64,000 bases of DNA, taken from the NCBI GenBank assembly GCA_964534225.1, contig CAZHNW010000002.1, positions 20,581 to 84,580 of the forward strand. The letters are read 5' to 3'. A program made the translations under genes and the position numbers. Of the stretch, positions 11,636 through 21,923 are shown in pieces (position 1 is the stretch's first letter; every line of letters starts with the position of its first letter). The DNA comes from an uncultured Leptospirales bacterium (GTDB lineage: Bacteria > Spirochaetota > UBA4802 > UBA5550). The notes below the pieces were generated by a model. The model was not told the origin of the DNA. It did no database searches and worked only from the letters and a program-made list of their open reading frames with translations.

Positions 11636-12266
11636 TATTTACCTCGTATTTATCAACAATTGTTGATAACTTTGTGCATAAGTATACCTTTGTTGAGTAG
11701 TGTCTCATTATGAAACATACTATCAACATGGATTGTTGTAGTCAATGTAAGGGAAGAATAGGAAATAGCTACGTAACTATTTGTACTTTTGATAACGGAA
11801 AGAATTATTTTTGCAACCAATTAATTCTTAAAGAATGGGTGAAATTGAAAAAAATTCAATTTCTTTATTGTGTGGGGATAACCTGTTAACAGCAATCTAC
11901 TTATTGTTAATAAAAGAGATATTACTGTTAATTTTTTATGAATAAAAGGTTAATAGTTATTTATTATTTTTTATAAAAATATTTTTATGAAATAATTTGA
12001 ACTATAAAATATATTGTATTTTAATTAATTTGAAAATGATTTTATATTGTGTAAATAATTTTGATATGATTTATACTGATAAAATATAAATGTGTTTCTT
12101 TTTTGTTGACAATGTATTAATAATACTGTTTTCTCACATAATGTGACATAGTCTAAGTTTTAGGTAATCAAATTTTTTTAATTATAGACAGGGAAGTCTT
12201 TTTGTAAGTAAATTAATTGAATTCTTCCCTGTTAATATGTTGATAAGTTCATAAAAGGGGGCAGGA
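11636..12266. promoter_or_regulatory. replication origin (oriC): DnaA-box cluster plus AT-rich unwinding element, includes the dnaA promoter
   Basis: Perfect 21-bp palindrome TTATCAACAATTGTTGATAA at 11649-11669 (two inverted TTATCAACA boxes). Further boxes: CTATCAACA at 11720-11728, TGTGGGGATAAC at 11871-11882, and TGTTGATAAG at 12238-12247. The stretch 11930-12110 is more than 85% AT. Confidence 0.65.
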
Positions 12267-12905
12267 GTGAAAAAGTTTTCAATAGTTATTGTATTTTTTT
12301 TGGTATTGCTCTCTGGTCCGGTATATTCTCTCGGAAATGAGCTGGTGTGTAAAATCGGGGGAAGTTATGCTCATGAGTTGGGGGATGCCGGTCTTGATTT
12401 AAGTGTTGTTTATCTCCTTGATTTTGATCCCTATTTTGTTGCAGGTATTGAGGGAAGTTTTTTCTGGATTCCCTGGGAGAAAAAACTTGGTACCCGGGAG
12501 GAGGGAAGTAATCCTGTCGATGTCGATGTTGTTGCTTCTGCAAATACCTTTGCCATACCGGTAATGTTTAATGCCCAGGTGCGACTCCCCTTTCTTGTGA
12601 AAAAGATATACGTTGAACCCTATATGACCATTGGTATCGGTTATACACCGGTAATTCTTACCTATGATCAGCCAGCCTTTGAAGATGCCGAAACCACTGT
12701 TTCCTATGCAGAGGAGGATATTACCCGCTTCTTTCACGGTTTTTCGTGGCAGGTACTGGCGGGGGCATCCTTTAAACCATCGAAAGATTCTTCTATCCGT
12801 TTTGTTGGTGACATCGGTTACCGCGGCATCAACGCAAAAAAGGGTGCAGAGAAACTGGATATTTCAGGCCTTCTCTTCAGGGTAGGTGTGCTTTTTAAAC
12901 TGTAG
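12267..12905 (+). CDS. outer-membrane beta-barrel protein (OmpW/OmpA-like small barrel)
   Basis: GTG start with GGGGGCAGGAG SD. Signal peptide MKKFSIVIVFFLVLLSGPVYS, alternating amphipathic strands, C-terminal VGVLFKL ending in aromatic-x-L typical of beta-barrel OMPs. Confidence 0.55.
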   Translation: MKKFSIVIVFFLVLLSGPVYSLGNELVCKIGGSYAHELGDAGLDLSVVYLLDFDPYFVAGIEGSFFWIPWEKKLGTREEGSNPVDVDVVASANTFAIPVMFNAQVRLPFLVKKIYVEPYMTIGIGYTPVILTYDQPAFEDAETTVSYAEEDITRFFHGFSWQVLAGASFKPSKDSSIRFVGDIGYRGINAKKGAEKLDISGLLFRVGVLFKL

Positions 12906-12919
12906 AGATTTTCAGCTTT

Positions 12920-14914
12920 TTACCTGTTAATGGATACAGACTTTTTTTGAAAGGCTTTTTCAACGACTGAATATTTTCCCCGTGCGTTCCAGAAGGTAAA
13001 ACCGCTGCAGCCACTTTCACGCGCCCCCCGTACCTGGTTGAGGATATACCCCGTACCCCAGGTGGGTGACATCATCCTGAATGCCTGTAGATAGGGGCGT
13101 ATTACTGTTTCCGGGGCGGCAATGTCAACTGCCCGTTTTCCCCCGTCATGAACAATTCTGTAGGGCCTGAGTTCTCTTTTTCCCTTCATGTAGAAACGCC
13201 TGCCAAAATGTGAAGGGTATACCATGGGAGAAATGACATCGACAATACGGGAAAATTCTTCCATGTCCTGTCCTATCCAGTTTCCAAAACTGTACCATGA
13301 GTTGAATCCGTAGATATCGGTACTGATGGGAACAGTGAGGGCATTGCGTGCCCGTGTCAGGAAATCTGCCAGTATTTCGGATTTATACATTTCGGGATCT
13401 TTTTTGTAGTGGTAGTGACAGAGCCAGGTGGGCCCGTCTGAGGGGAAACGTATATAGTCGAACTGGATCTCATCAAAGCCGAGTTTTTCCAGTTCACGGC
13501 CAATGGCTATGTTATAGTCCTGGACGAATTGTGAATGGGGATCAACCCAGTATTCCCGGGGGTTTCCGCGCCAGGGCCGGCGGGTTTTCCTGTTTCGTAT
13601 GGTATACTTCCCCCCATAGGCCCTGAAAAGTTTTTTGTCTTTAAAGACAACGATACGGGCGATGGTATAGATATTATTTTTTTTAAGGCGCTGCAGTATT
13701 TTTTTTACGTTAAGGGGGCGGCGGGCGGAACGTATCTGACGCGCTGTTTTTATTTTTGTCGGATAATAGAGGTTGCCAAAATCGTCCTTCATGTCGATGA
13801 CGATGGCATTGAAGTTGCTTGTTTTCATTGTTTTTATCAGTGACCCGAGGCGCCTTCGTATGGAGGGGACACTGGCATAGATGCTTCTGCGCCCTGCCCC
13901 CTTAAGGCGTTTTTTTTCCGTCGGGACACGCCCGAGTTGGAAAAAGAGGGGTGGATGGTTTTTATTTTTTGAGATGAGTGTTAGTGAGAGGGGCTGGATA
14001 TTTCCAGGTATCTCTCTGATTACTGATGAAGGAGTTATTTTTTCCCAGCGGGGGGATGAACTTCCCCCCTTATAAACATTTGATCCTGTGGATATATAGA
14101 TTTCACTGCCCCGGCAGGTGATACTGCTCACAGCCGTGAAAGGATCGAGATTTTCAGGAAGTTTAATTTTCTGCCACCGTCTCCCGCGGTAAGGGAGGAG
14201 ACGCAGTTCTGCGCCGAAACGAAACCCCCCGTAGAGGCGCCCTGCTTCATCGTGGGCAAAGGCAGTAAGCTCCTCTGTGAAATGAAGGCTCCCTGAATAG
14301 GGTTCCTGTGGCAGGCCGCGGTTGAGGCGGCGATAGCGGCCACTGCTGAGGCGGTAGAAACCGTTGAATGACGTACCTGCATAGATGCGGCCTCCCCGCA
14401 GTGCCAGGGCGGTGATATAATTTCTACTCTGGAGTCCGGGGGTACGGAGGCGCTTCCATGTGTTCCCCCTGTCCCGGGACAGGTAGATACTGTGTTTTGT
14501 CGCCAGTGCGATGCTTCCTTTTTTTAAGGGGTCTGCAGCAAAGGCAGAGATTTTACGATAGCCTGCGTCGGGAAAAAAAAGGCTTCGTTTTTTGAAGGCG
14601 TCGCAGTTAATTGATTTCCAGGTGTTACTTCCCTCATCGAGGCGGTAGATCCCCTGCCTGTCAGTGACCAGGTAGCGTGTTTTCCCGATGCTGTAGAGCC
14701 TCAGGGGCAGAATTTTTTCCGGGAGGCCTTTATTTACTTCCTCCCATGACCGGCCGCCATTGTCACTGTAAAGGACACCCCTTTTCGCCGTGAGCAGGTA
14801 GGCATGCGCATCGTCACGGCTGTGTCCTGTCGTTAGAATGAGAAAAAGGAAAAGAGAGAGAAGGGTAAGGTTTTTAAAAAGACTGGTTGAACATTTCTTC
14901 GTTGTAGATTTCAT
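12920..14914 (-). CDS. secreted two-domain protein: N-terminal BNR/Ycf48-like beta-propeller repeats, C-terminal putative TIM-barrel glycoside-hydrolase-like domain (DUF4015-like)
   Basis: Signal peptide. Repeated S-x-D-x-G-x-(S/T)-W motifs (SDNGGRSWEE, SRDRGNTWKR). C-terminal half resembles the uncharacterised GH-like family (NAIVIDMKDDFGNLYYP...YWVDP...EIQFDYIRFP). Contains A8/T8 homopolymers at 13910-13917 and 14572-14579. Confidence 0.45.
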   Translation of the reverse strand: MKSTTKKCSTSLFKNLTLLSLFLFLILTTGHSRDDAHAYLLTAKRGVLYSDNGGRSWEEVNKGLPEKILPLRLYSIGKTRYLVTDRQGIYRLDEGSNTWKSINCDAFKKRSLFFPDAGYRKISAFAADPLKKGSIALATKHSIYLSRDRGNTWKRLRTPGLQSRNYITALALRGGRIYAGTSFNGFYRLSSGRYRRLNRGLPQEPYSGSLHFTEELTAFAHDEAGRLYGGFRFGAELRLLPYRGRRWQKIKLPENLDPFTAVSSITCRGSEIYISTGSNVYKGGSSSPRWEKITPSSVIREIPGNIQPLSLTLISKNKNHPPLFFQLGRVPTEKKRLKGAGRRSIYASVPSIRRRLGSLIKTMKTSNFNAIVIDMKDDFGNLYYPTKIKTARQIRSARRPLNVKKILQRLKKNNIYTIARIVVFKDKKLFRAYGGKYTIRNRKTRRPWRGNPREYWVDPHSQFVQDYNIAIGRELEKLGFDEIQFDYIRFPSDGPTWLCHYHYKKDPEMYKSEILADFLTRARNALTVPISTDIYGFNSWYSFGNWIGQDMEEFSRIVDVISPMVYPSHFGRRFYMKGKRELRPYRIVHDGGKRAVDIAAPETVIRPYLQAFRMMSPTWGTGYILNQVRGARESGCSGFTFWNARGKYSVVEKAFQKKSVSINR

Positions 14915-16646
14915 ATGAGTAGCCCTGTTCGGTAAGGAAAAGCTGCCTGTTGTGGGCGAATTTTTCTTCCACTGAGTTGGCGCTGATGATGGTATAGAAG
15001 TGAGCGGTGTTCTCCTGGCTCTTGGGACGCAGAATGCGTCCGAGGCGCTGTGCCTCCTCCTGGCGTGAACCGAAGGTGCCGGATATCTGTATGGCCACGT
15101 TGGCGTCGGGAAGGTCGATAGAAAAGTTTGCCACCTTGGATACCACGAGGATTCTTATTTCCCCTTCCTTGAACTGGCGGTAGAGTTTTTCCCGTTCAGG
15201 TACAGGGGTGCTTCCCGTGATAAGGGGAAGTTCAAATCGTTTAGCCACTCCCTTAAGCTGGGAGATGTACTGTCCAATAATGAGAATGTTTGATTCACTG
15301 TGCCTGTCAATGAGTGCACGGGTGATGTCGAGCTTTTTCGGGTTCTCCGAGGCGATTCTGAATTTTTCCCTGTCACGGGCGATGGAATACTGGAGACGGT
15401 CCTCTTCGGGAATTTCCACTCGTATTTCAGTACAGAGAGCCTCTGCGATCCAGTTGGATTTTTCAAGGACCTTCCAGGGCATGTCAAATTTTTTAGGGCC
15501 GATGAGACTGAAGACATCGGTCTCCATGCCGTCTTCGCGTATCAGGGTGGCGGTAAGTCCCAGGCGTCTCTTTGACTGGATTTCTGACGTCATGCGGAAA
15601 ACCGGCGCCGGTAGAAGGTGTACCTCGTCGTAGATGATCAGGCCCCAGTTCATTTTATTAAAGAGATCAAAGTGGACGAAGGGGCCTTTTTTATTTTTTC
15701 TGTAGGTGAGAATGTTATAGGTGGCAATGGTTATCGGCTTTATTTCTTTTCGGTCGCCTGAAAACTCCCCGATCATTTCCGGATCGATGTCGGTCTTGTC
15801 GAGAAGTTCTTCTTTCCACTGGTGAAGGGCCACGGTATTGGTGACCAGTATCAGGGTGGCGGTGCTGTGAAGGGCCATTTCCCCGATACCGACGATGGTT
15901 TTACCGGCCCCGCAGGGGAGTACAATGATACCGCTGCCGCCCTCGGGACCGCCGCCGCGGTAGAATGCATTAATGGCGCTTTCCTGGTAATCGCGAATGC
16001 TGAAGGTGTTTCCCCTGCTGTCTGTTGTTCGCAGAGACAGGGGACAGGGATCGCCTTTTTCGTAACCGGCCAGGTCTTCTACGGGAAAACCAATTTTTAT
16101 CAGGGCCTGCTTGATGTGGCCGCGGAAATTGGCACGAATTTTTATGGTATTGTCATCGATTCTTTTGTCGATAAATTCCTGCACCTTTCGATGGTTCATG
16201 ATTTCATTTAACAGAATGGCATCCTTTGAAACCAGGTGCAGTTCTTTATTTTCTTTGATGAGTTTCAGAAGGCCGTAACGCTGCATCTGTTCCCGGACAG
16301 TGATGATTACAATTTCAGGGATTTCATAGCGGGAAAAATTTTTCAGGGTATCCATGATGTCATCTGCCGTGAGACCTGAGGCAGCGGCATTCCAGAGAGA
16401 GAGGGATGATACCCTGTAGGTATGAATATGCTCCGGGCTTTTTTCCAGTTCCGCAAAAGGGGCGATGGAATCACGGGCCAGTTCAAATTCAGGGTTATCA
16501 ACTTCGAGTAGGAGGGTGTTGTCGCTCTGGACGATGACGGGTTTTGTCATTAAATAAATTCCACCTGGAGGTTCATGAATTTTGATTAAGAGCCCTTTAT
16601 CTGTATAAGCATGCCATTTGTCAAGGAAGTAATATTTATCTGTCAA
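14874..16646 (-). CDS. XPB/Rad25 (ERCC3)-type superfamily 2 DNA helicase
   Basis: 590 aa. N-terminal damage-recognition-like domain, Walker A LPCGAGKT, DEVH box IIYDEVHLL, the XPB-specific RED motif (TLIREDGMETD), helicase C domain. Confidence 0.85.
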   Translation of the reverse strand: MTDKYYFLDKWHAYTDKGLLIKIHEPPGGIYLMTKPVIVQSDNTLLLEVDNPEFELARDSIAPFAELEKSPEHIHTYRVSSLSLWNAAASGLTADDIMDTLKNFSRYEIPEIVIITVREQMQRYGLLKLIKENKELHLVSKDAILLNEIMNHRKVQEFIDKRIDDNTIKIRANFRGHIKQALIKIGFPVEDLAGYEKGDPCPLSLRTTDSRGNTFSIRDYQESAINAFYRGGGPEGGSGIIVLPCGAGKTIVGIGEMALHSTATLILVTNTVALHQWKEELLDKTDIDPEMIGEFSGDRKEIKPITIATYNILTYRKNKKGPFVHFDLFNKMNWGLIIYDEVHLLPAPVFRMTSEIQSKRRLGLTATLIREDGMETDVFSLIGPKKFDMPWKVLEKSNWIAEALCTEIRVEIPEEDRLQYSIARDREKFRIASENPKKLDITRALIDRHSESNILIIGQYISQLKGVAKRFELPLITGSTPVPEREKLYRQFKEGEIRILVVSKVANFSIDLPDANVAIQISGTFGSRQEEAQRLGRILRPKSQENTAHFYTIISANSVEEKFAHNRQLFLTEQGYSYEIYNEEMFNQSF

Positions 16647-16663
16647 AAGAGGGGGCAGCAGCC

Positions 16664-17590
16664 CTACCGGGCATGTGTTGCCCCTGTTTTTTCCTGTTTT
16701 ACTTTAAGGAACAGGTTCTTATACCGGGGCGGTGTTTTTCCCCCGTTGATCATGACGGAGAGTGTTTTTCCCGCGGGAAGTTTCATCTCAGCAATACGGG
16801 CAAGAAAATCACCATCGGTACTGTAGCTGTTGCCAAAACCGGCCAGAACAAAGACCTTTCCCTTTCCTTTGCTTTTCAGGCGGGCTACAATGTTTTCCAT
16901 GACCTTCGTCTTGCCCGGTCCATAGGTAACAGGTCTTTCAGGTGTAGAAGTAATGCATCCCTTTCGGCTTTTCATAACAATGCCGCGTACCTGGCTGCGG
17001 GGAATACCGAGAACAGATGCGGCACCCCTGACATAGACATCGGCACTGGCACTGATGACGTAGACGAGGATGCCCTGCTTTTTAAATGCATCTATTATAC
17101 GAAGGGACGAGTCAAAGAAGTAATGCTGCAGTGTAGATTGGAAGTATTTTTCTGAGAATGAGATGATTTCATTTTCCTTTTTCCCCTCAAGGGCGCGGGG
17201 AAAGAAAAGGAGATAGGAGATATGGTCTTTTTTATTCAGCATTTCCGCCTTTTTTTCAAAAAGCGGGTATTTCCCTGGAGGCCAGGCTGAGGAGAGACCC
17301 GCGTTGATGGTCTTTTCTGCAAGACCTGTAAATACTTTTTTGCCGTCAACGGTGAGTCCCTCGGTGCAGTCTCCCTTTTGAATGGTGCCATCGAAATCCC
17401 AGAAGGTGATAAAGCGGGCTGACTCTCCCTTTACAAGGGTGTTCTTAAGGGCCTGGCGTGTGGAGGTGATATGGTTGATGACAGGGGAAACGTGCTTTTC
17501 CCTGTTGCCGGAACAGGCGCTGAAGGGCAGAAACAGTGCAGCTGTGAAGATAATGACAATAAGGGATTTGTTAATGGTGTGTGCGTTCAT
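16664..17590 (-). CDS. HAD-superfamily hydrolase lipoprotein (subfamily IB-like)
   Basis: Likely start MNAHTINKSLIVIIFTAALFLPFSAC (lipobox) at 17590. The track ORF extends upstream to 17794 and would overlap the GT2 gene. HAD motif I FWDFDGTI. Confidence 0.6.
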   Translation of the reverse strand: MNAHTINKSLIVIIFTAALFLPFSACSGNREKHVSPVINHITSTRQALKNTLVKGESARFITFWDFDGTIQKGDCTEGLTVDGKKVFTGLAEKTINAGLSSAWPPGKYPLFEKKAEMLNKKDHISYLLFFPRALEGKKENEIISFSEKYFQSTLQHYFFDSSLRIIDAFKKQGILVYVISASADVYVRGAASVLGIPRSQVRGIVMKSRKGCITSTPERPVTYGPGKTKVMENIVARLKSKGKGKVFVLAGFGNSYSTDGDFLARIAEMKLPAGKTLSVMINGGKTPPRYKNLFLKVKQEKTGATHAR

Positions 17591-17603
17591 TTTTTCTCCA
17601 TGT

Positions 17604-18305
17604 TTAGTTAATGGTTGAGTTCGGGTAGAGGTAGCTCTCTGTTTCAATGATTGATAAAAACATGCCCAGGGGGTCTTCGTATTCAACAAGTTCGGAGGCA
17701 AAGCTTTCACCTGATGTAGCGGGAATCTCCAGGGATGTGAGTTTAAAATAATGGCTCTGTACCCATAGCTGCAGGAGAAAGCCGTGGGTTTCATCGGTCA
17801 GTTCCATCGGCTCCAGGGCCTTTATCTCAACGGCGAGAATGCCGGAAAGGGGATCGGTAATGTCAAGGCCGGTAATTTCCGCCAGTTTTTCTCCCAGGGC
17901 TGTTGTAACTGATAGATCATTTTTGTCCATGGTTTCTATTTCCCTGTTTTCCAGAACGCGGCTGCAGGAGACGAGATCATAGCCGTAATCAATGTTTTCC
18001 ATGAGACTCTTGATATCTTCAGTAATGTTTTCATTATCAGGATTTACCAGGACAAGGCGTTCATACCCCATGTCCCGGGCATAGTCACAGGCGGTCATGA
18101 GAAGTGAGCCGAAGCCGAGGGGTATTTCATGATGGATGCTGATAACCCCATCGACATCTTTCAGTATATCCCTGGTGCCGTCACTGGATCCATCGTCGAC
18201 AATACAGATATCAATATCCTCCAGAGTCTCCAGGAGGGGGAGTTTTGTGTTGATAAAGGGGGCATCATTGAAAAGGGGAATGATGCAGATTGTTTTATTC
18301 TTCAT
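17604..18305 (-). CDS. family 2 glycosyltransferase
   Basis: 233 aa. GT-A fold signature IVDDGSSDGT and acidic DxD-like region. Confidence 0.8.
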   Translation of the reverse strand: MKNKTICIIPLFNDAPFINTKLPLLETLEDIDICIVDDGSSDGTRDILKDVDGVISIHHEIPLGFGSLLMTACDYARDMGYERLVLVNPDNENITEDIKSLMENIDYGYDLVSCSRVLENREIETMDKNDLSVTTALGEKLAEITGLDITDPLSGILAVEIKALEPMELTDETHGFLLQLWVQSHYFKLTSLEIPATSGESFASELVEYEDPLGMFLSIIETESYLYPNSTIN

Positions 18306-18629
18306 TGGTTTCCTTAGTAATTTTTACAACGTATCCATTATAAATATAATTTATTTTTGTCTGAATTGCGATAATATCTTTCTCTTTTTTATACAGAAAC
18401 GACAGGGGGGCGGTGAAAATCAAGTTAAAATTTGTCAGGGGGGAAGTTTAAAAACATCCTGAAGAGAAAAGATTTTTGCCCCGATGATCTTTTCTTTAGA
18501 CGCTCAAAAAACTATTGACAAATTATATGCCTGATTGTGTCCATGAATACTTGGATACCTGTTTTTTAATCAGGGCATTACGGCAAAAGCGGTACAGACG
18601 CGGACAAACACCAGAATAAAGAGGGCACC

Positions 18630-21392
18630 ATGGATTATTCAAAAACTGTTAATCTCCCCACCACTGATTTCCCCATGAGGGCAAATCTTCCCAAACGCGA
18701 ACCGGATATTCTCAAGAAATGGGAAGATGAAAATCTCTATGAAAAAATTCAGGAGGCCCGTACCGATGCGGATCTCTTTATCCTGCATGACGGCCCTCCC
18801 TATGCCAACGGTCACATACATATCGGCCATGCCCTGAACAAGATTCTCAAAGATATTATTATCAAGCATAAGACCATGTCCGGCTACCGGGTTCCCTATG
18901 TTCCCGGCTGGGACTGTCACGGCCTTCCTATTGAACTGAATGTCACCCGTGACATGGGTGACGCGGCAAAATCAGCTTCAAAGGATTCTATCCGCCAGGG
19001 GTGCAGAAAATTCGCCCGAAAATTCGTTGATATTCAGATGGAGGAGTTCAAACGCCTTGGTGTTCTCGGTGATTATGACAATCCCTACCTTACCATGAGC
19101 AATGAGTACGAGGCGACCATTGTTGATTCCTTCGCGGCAATACTGGAGAAGGAGTACATCTACCGGAGCAAGAAACCGATTTACTGGTGCCCCAGCTGTG
19201 TCACCGCCCTGGCGGAAGCGGAAGTTGAATACGGCGACCATACTTCCCCCTCAATATTTGTAAAATTCAAGGTGGATCCCGCATCAATAAAAATAGAAGG
19301 TGTTGATGCGGAGAATACCCATGTGATTATATGGACCACCACTCCCTGGACACTGCCGGCAAACCTGGCGGTTTGTTTTCATCCTGATTTTGACTATGGA
19401 GTGTACCGCTTTGGCAATGAATTCTATATCGCCGCAAAGGGCCTGGTTCACGCCATGGCTGACAAGATCGGGAAGGAGTTCGACGAGGAATATCCCCTTG
19501 ACCAGCAGGCCATTGCGGAGCTCAAGGTCTATCATCCCTTTATTGATCGCGAATCAAAGGTTATCTTTGGGGACCACGTTACCCTGGAACAGGGTACCGG
19601 TATTGTTCATACCGCACCGGGCCATGGCCACGAGGACTATATTGTGGGCCTTCAGTACGGCCTTGATGTCTACTGTCCCGTAGATGACAATGGTAATTTT
19701 ACTGATGATTTTCCTGAGATGAAGGGTGTCAATGTCTGGGACGCCAATCCAAAGGTCCTTGAACTTCTCAATGAGAAGGGGGTGCTCCTCTATACAGAAC
19801 CCATTGACCACTCCTATCCTCACTGCTGGCGCTGCAAAAAGCCCCTCATCTTCAGGGCCACGGAGCAGTGGTTTTTCAGCATTGACCATGATCAGCTGAG
19901 GGATAAAGGTATTGAAACCGTTGATAAGACAGAGTGGGTCCCCTCCTGGGGTGAGTCACGTTTCCGCAGTATGGCTGAAACACGTCCTGACTGGTGTCTT
20001 TCCCGCCAGAGGTCATGGGGTGTACCTATCCCGTCATTTCACTGCACCGAGTGTGAAAAGAACAACATGACCCCCGCCTCGGTAAAACATTTCGCGAAGC
20101 TGGCACGGGAAAAATCCATCGATATCTGGTATACTGAAAAAATAGAAGATCTCATCCCCGCGGGAACGAAATGCTCTTGCGGTTCTGAAAGTTTTGAAAA
20201 GGAATACGATATTCTCGATGTCTGGTTTGATTCAGGGGTCTCCCACTTTGCTGTTCTTGACAACTGGCCGGGACACCGCTGGCCCGCGGACATGTACCTT
20301 GAGGGAAGTGATCAGCATCGTGGATGGTTCCAGTCTTCACTCTGGCCGGCACTGGCAGTGCGTGGCCGGGCGCCCTTTGATATCGTTCTCACCCACGGGT
20401 TTGTTCTCGATGAGAACGGTAAGGCCATGAGTAAATCTCTCGGCAATGTTGTTCCCCCGGAAAAGATCATCAAGCAGTACGGGGCGGATATTCTGCGCCT
20501 CTGGGTCTCCTCTGAGGATTACCGCAATGACCTGCGTATCGGTTTCGACATGGTCAAGCAGATCGCTGATTCTTACCGGCGTATTCGCAATACCTTCAAA
20601 TTTCTCATCGGCAACATTTCTGATTTCGATGCTTCGAAGGCCGTTGATTATAAAGACCTGACTGATATTGACAGGTGGATACTGAATAAGCTTGCCCTTC
20701 TCTCTGATGCGGTTATAAACCACTATGATAAATATGAGTTTCATCTTGTCTATCGCAAGATACTGAACTTCTGTGCCGTTGAACTTTCATCGATATATTT
20801 TGATATTTCAAAGGATATTCTCTATGTTGAGGCAATGGATTCGGCAAAGCGCCGCGGCAACCAGACTGTTCTCTATGAGATCTTCAATACCCTGCTGCAC
20901 CTGGTGGCACCGATTCTCTCTTTTACGGCTGAAGAGATATGGTCTTTTATCGGCCAGGAGGGTTCTGTGCACATGTCAAATTATTACCCGGTAAAAGATG
21001 TCTTCAAAAATGATGAAATCGCCGAAAAGATAGAGCATGTGGTAAATGTCAAAAAGGACGTGCTTAAAGCCCTTGAGGGGATGCGCCGCGAAAAAGTTAT
21101 CAAGAGTTCTCTCGAGGCGGATGTGACCATCTATGTGCCTAATGAGGCACTGAGAAAACAGCTTGAAGAAATGGGTGAAGAGTTCCGCCGTTTTCTCCAG
21201 GTGGCAAAGGTGGTACTTGTCCAGGAAAAAGGAGGCGATATGGATGAGTTCGATACAACCTGTATCGCTTCTGTCCGCACCGAGGGTAAAAAGTGTGTAC
21301 GCTGCTGGAACTTTTTCGATGAACTCGGTACTGATAAGGATCATCCTGAACTTTGCCAGCGCTGTACAGACGTTGTAAAATCACTGGGGTAG
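18630..21392 (+). CDS. ileS: isoleucyl-tRNA synthetase
   Basis: 920 aa. HIGH motif (PYANGHIHIGHALN), KMSKS motif (KMSKSLGNV), C-terminal Cys4 zinc finger (CVRCWNF...CQRC). lspA follows directly. Confidence 0.97.
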   Translation: MDYSKTVNLPTTDFPMRANLPKREPDILKKWEDENLYEKIQEARTDADLFILHDGPPYANGHIHIGHALNKILKDIIIKHKTMSGYRVPYVPGWDCHGLPIELNVTRDMGDAAKSASKDSIRQGCRKFARKFVDIQMEEFKRLGVLGDYDNPYLTMSNEYEATIVDSFAAILEKEYIYRSKKPIYWCPSCVTALAEAEVEYGDHTSPSIFVKFKVDPASIKIEGVDAENTHVIIWTTTPWTLPANLAVCFHPDFDYGVYRFGNEFYIAAKGLVHAMADKIGKEFDEEYPLDQQAIAELKVYHPFIDRESKVIFGDHVTLEQGTGIVHTAPGHGHEDYIVGLQYGLDVYCPVDDNGNFTDDFPEMKGVNVWDANPKVLELLNEKGVLLYTEPIDHSYPHCWRCKKPLIFRATEQWFFSIDHDQLRDKGIETVDKTEWVPSWGESRFRSMAETRPDWCLSRQRSWGVPIPSFHCTECEKNNMTPASVKHFAKLAREKSIDIWYTEKIEDLIPAGTKCSCGSESFEKEYDILDVWFDSGVSHFAVLDNWPGHRWPADMYLEGSDQHRGWFQSSLWPALAVRGRAPFDIVLTHGFVLDENGKAMSKSLGNVVPPEKIIKQYGADILRLWVSSEDYRNDLRIGFDMVKQIADSYRRIRNTFKFLIGNISDFDASKAVDYKDLTDIDRWILNKLALLSDAVINHYDKYEFHLVYRKILNFCAVELSSIYFDISKDILYVEAMDSAKRRGNQTVLYEIFNTLLHLVAPILSFTAEEIWSFIGQEGSVHMSNYYPVKDVFKNDEIAEKIEHVVNVKKDVLKALEGMRREKVIKSSLEADVTIYVPNEALRKQLEEMGEEFRRFLQVAKVVLVQEKGGDMDEFDTTCIASVRTEGKKCVRCWNFFDELGTDKDHPELCQRCTDVVKSLG

Positions 21393-21396
21393 AAAA

Positions 21397-21900
21397 ATGA
21401 CAAAGACGAGACAGAATATTATGGCTGCGGGAATACTCGTGTCCACCCTCATTCTCGATATCTGGACCAAGTACCTGGTGGTGCAGAATCTCAACTATTA
21501 TGACAGGATCGATTTCCTCGGGGGTTTTTTTCGTATTACCCTGGTCTACAACAAGGGAGGGGTTTTCGGTATTGCCCAGGGGTACAAGCATGTCTTCCTG
21601 ATAATATCTCTTGTCGTTCTCGCCTTTATGATAGGCTATTATATCTATGAGAAGAACAAGACACCTCTTTTCAGTATCTGTATGGCCCTCATCGTTTCCG
21701 GCGCCATTGGAAACATCATCGACCGCATGGTTCCGGGACGACCCGGCGTAGTGGATTTTATTTCCATCGGTGTTGACGGTGCCTACCGCTGGCCCGCCTT
21801 TAATGTTGCCGACTCATGCATTGTCGTGGGGGCCTTTCTGCTGGTTATTGTCTTTTATCTCGAGGAGAAGCGCCGCAAGGCGGAAGAAGCTGCGGGATAA
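21397..21900 (+). CDS. lspA: lipoprotein signal peptidase (signal peptidase II)
   Basis: 167 aa, four TM segments, conserved NKGGVFGI and FNVADSCIVVG regions. Canonical ileS-lspA pairing. Confidence 0.9.
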   Translation: MTKTRQNIMAAGILVSTLILDIWTKYLVVQNLNYYDRIDFLGGFFRITLVYNKGGVFGIAQGYKHVFLIISLVVLAFMIGYYIYEKNKTPLFSICMALIVSGAIGNIIDRMVPGRPGVVDFISIGVDGAYRWPAFNVADSCIVVGAFLLVIVFYLEEKRRKAEEAAG

Positions 21901-21923
21901 CATCTGTTCAGGCAGGGGCCTTT

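Noticed and set aside
18306-18629. Looked for a T-box leader upstream of ileS
   Set aside because: No T-box consensus (AGGGTGGNACCGCG-like) or specifier-loop architecture found by eye.
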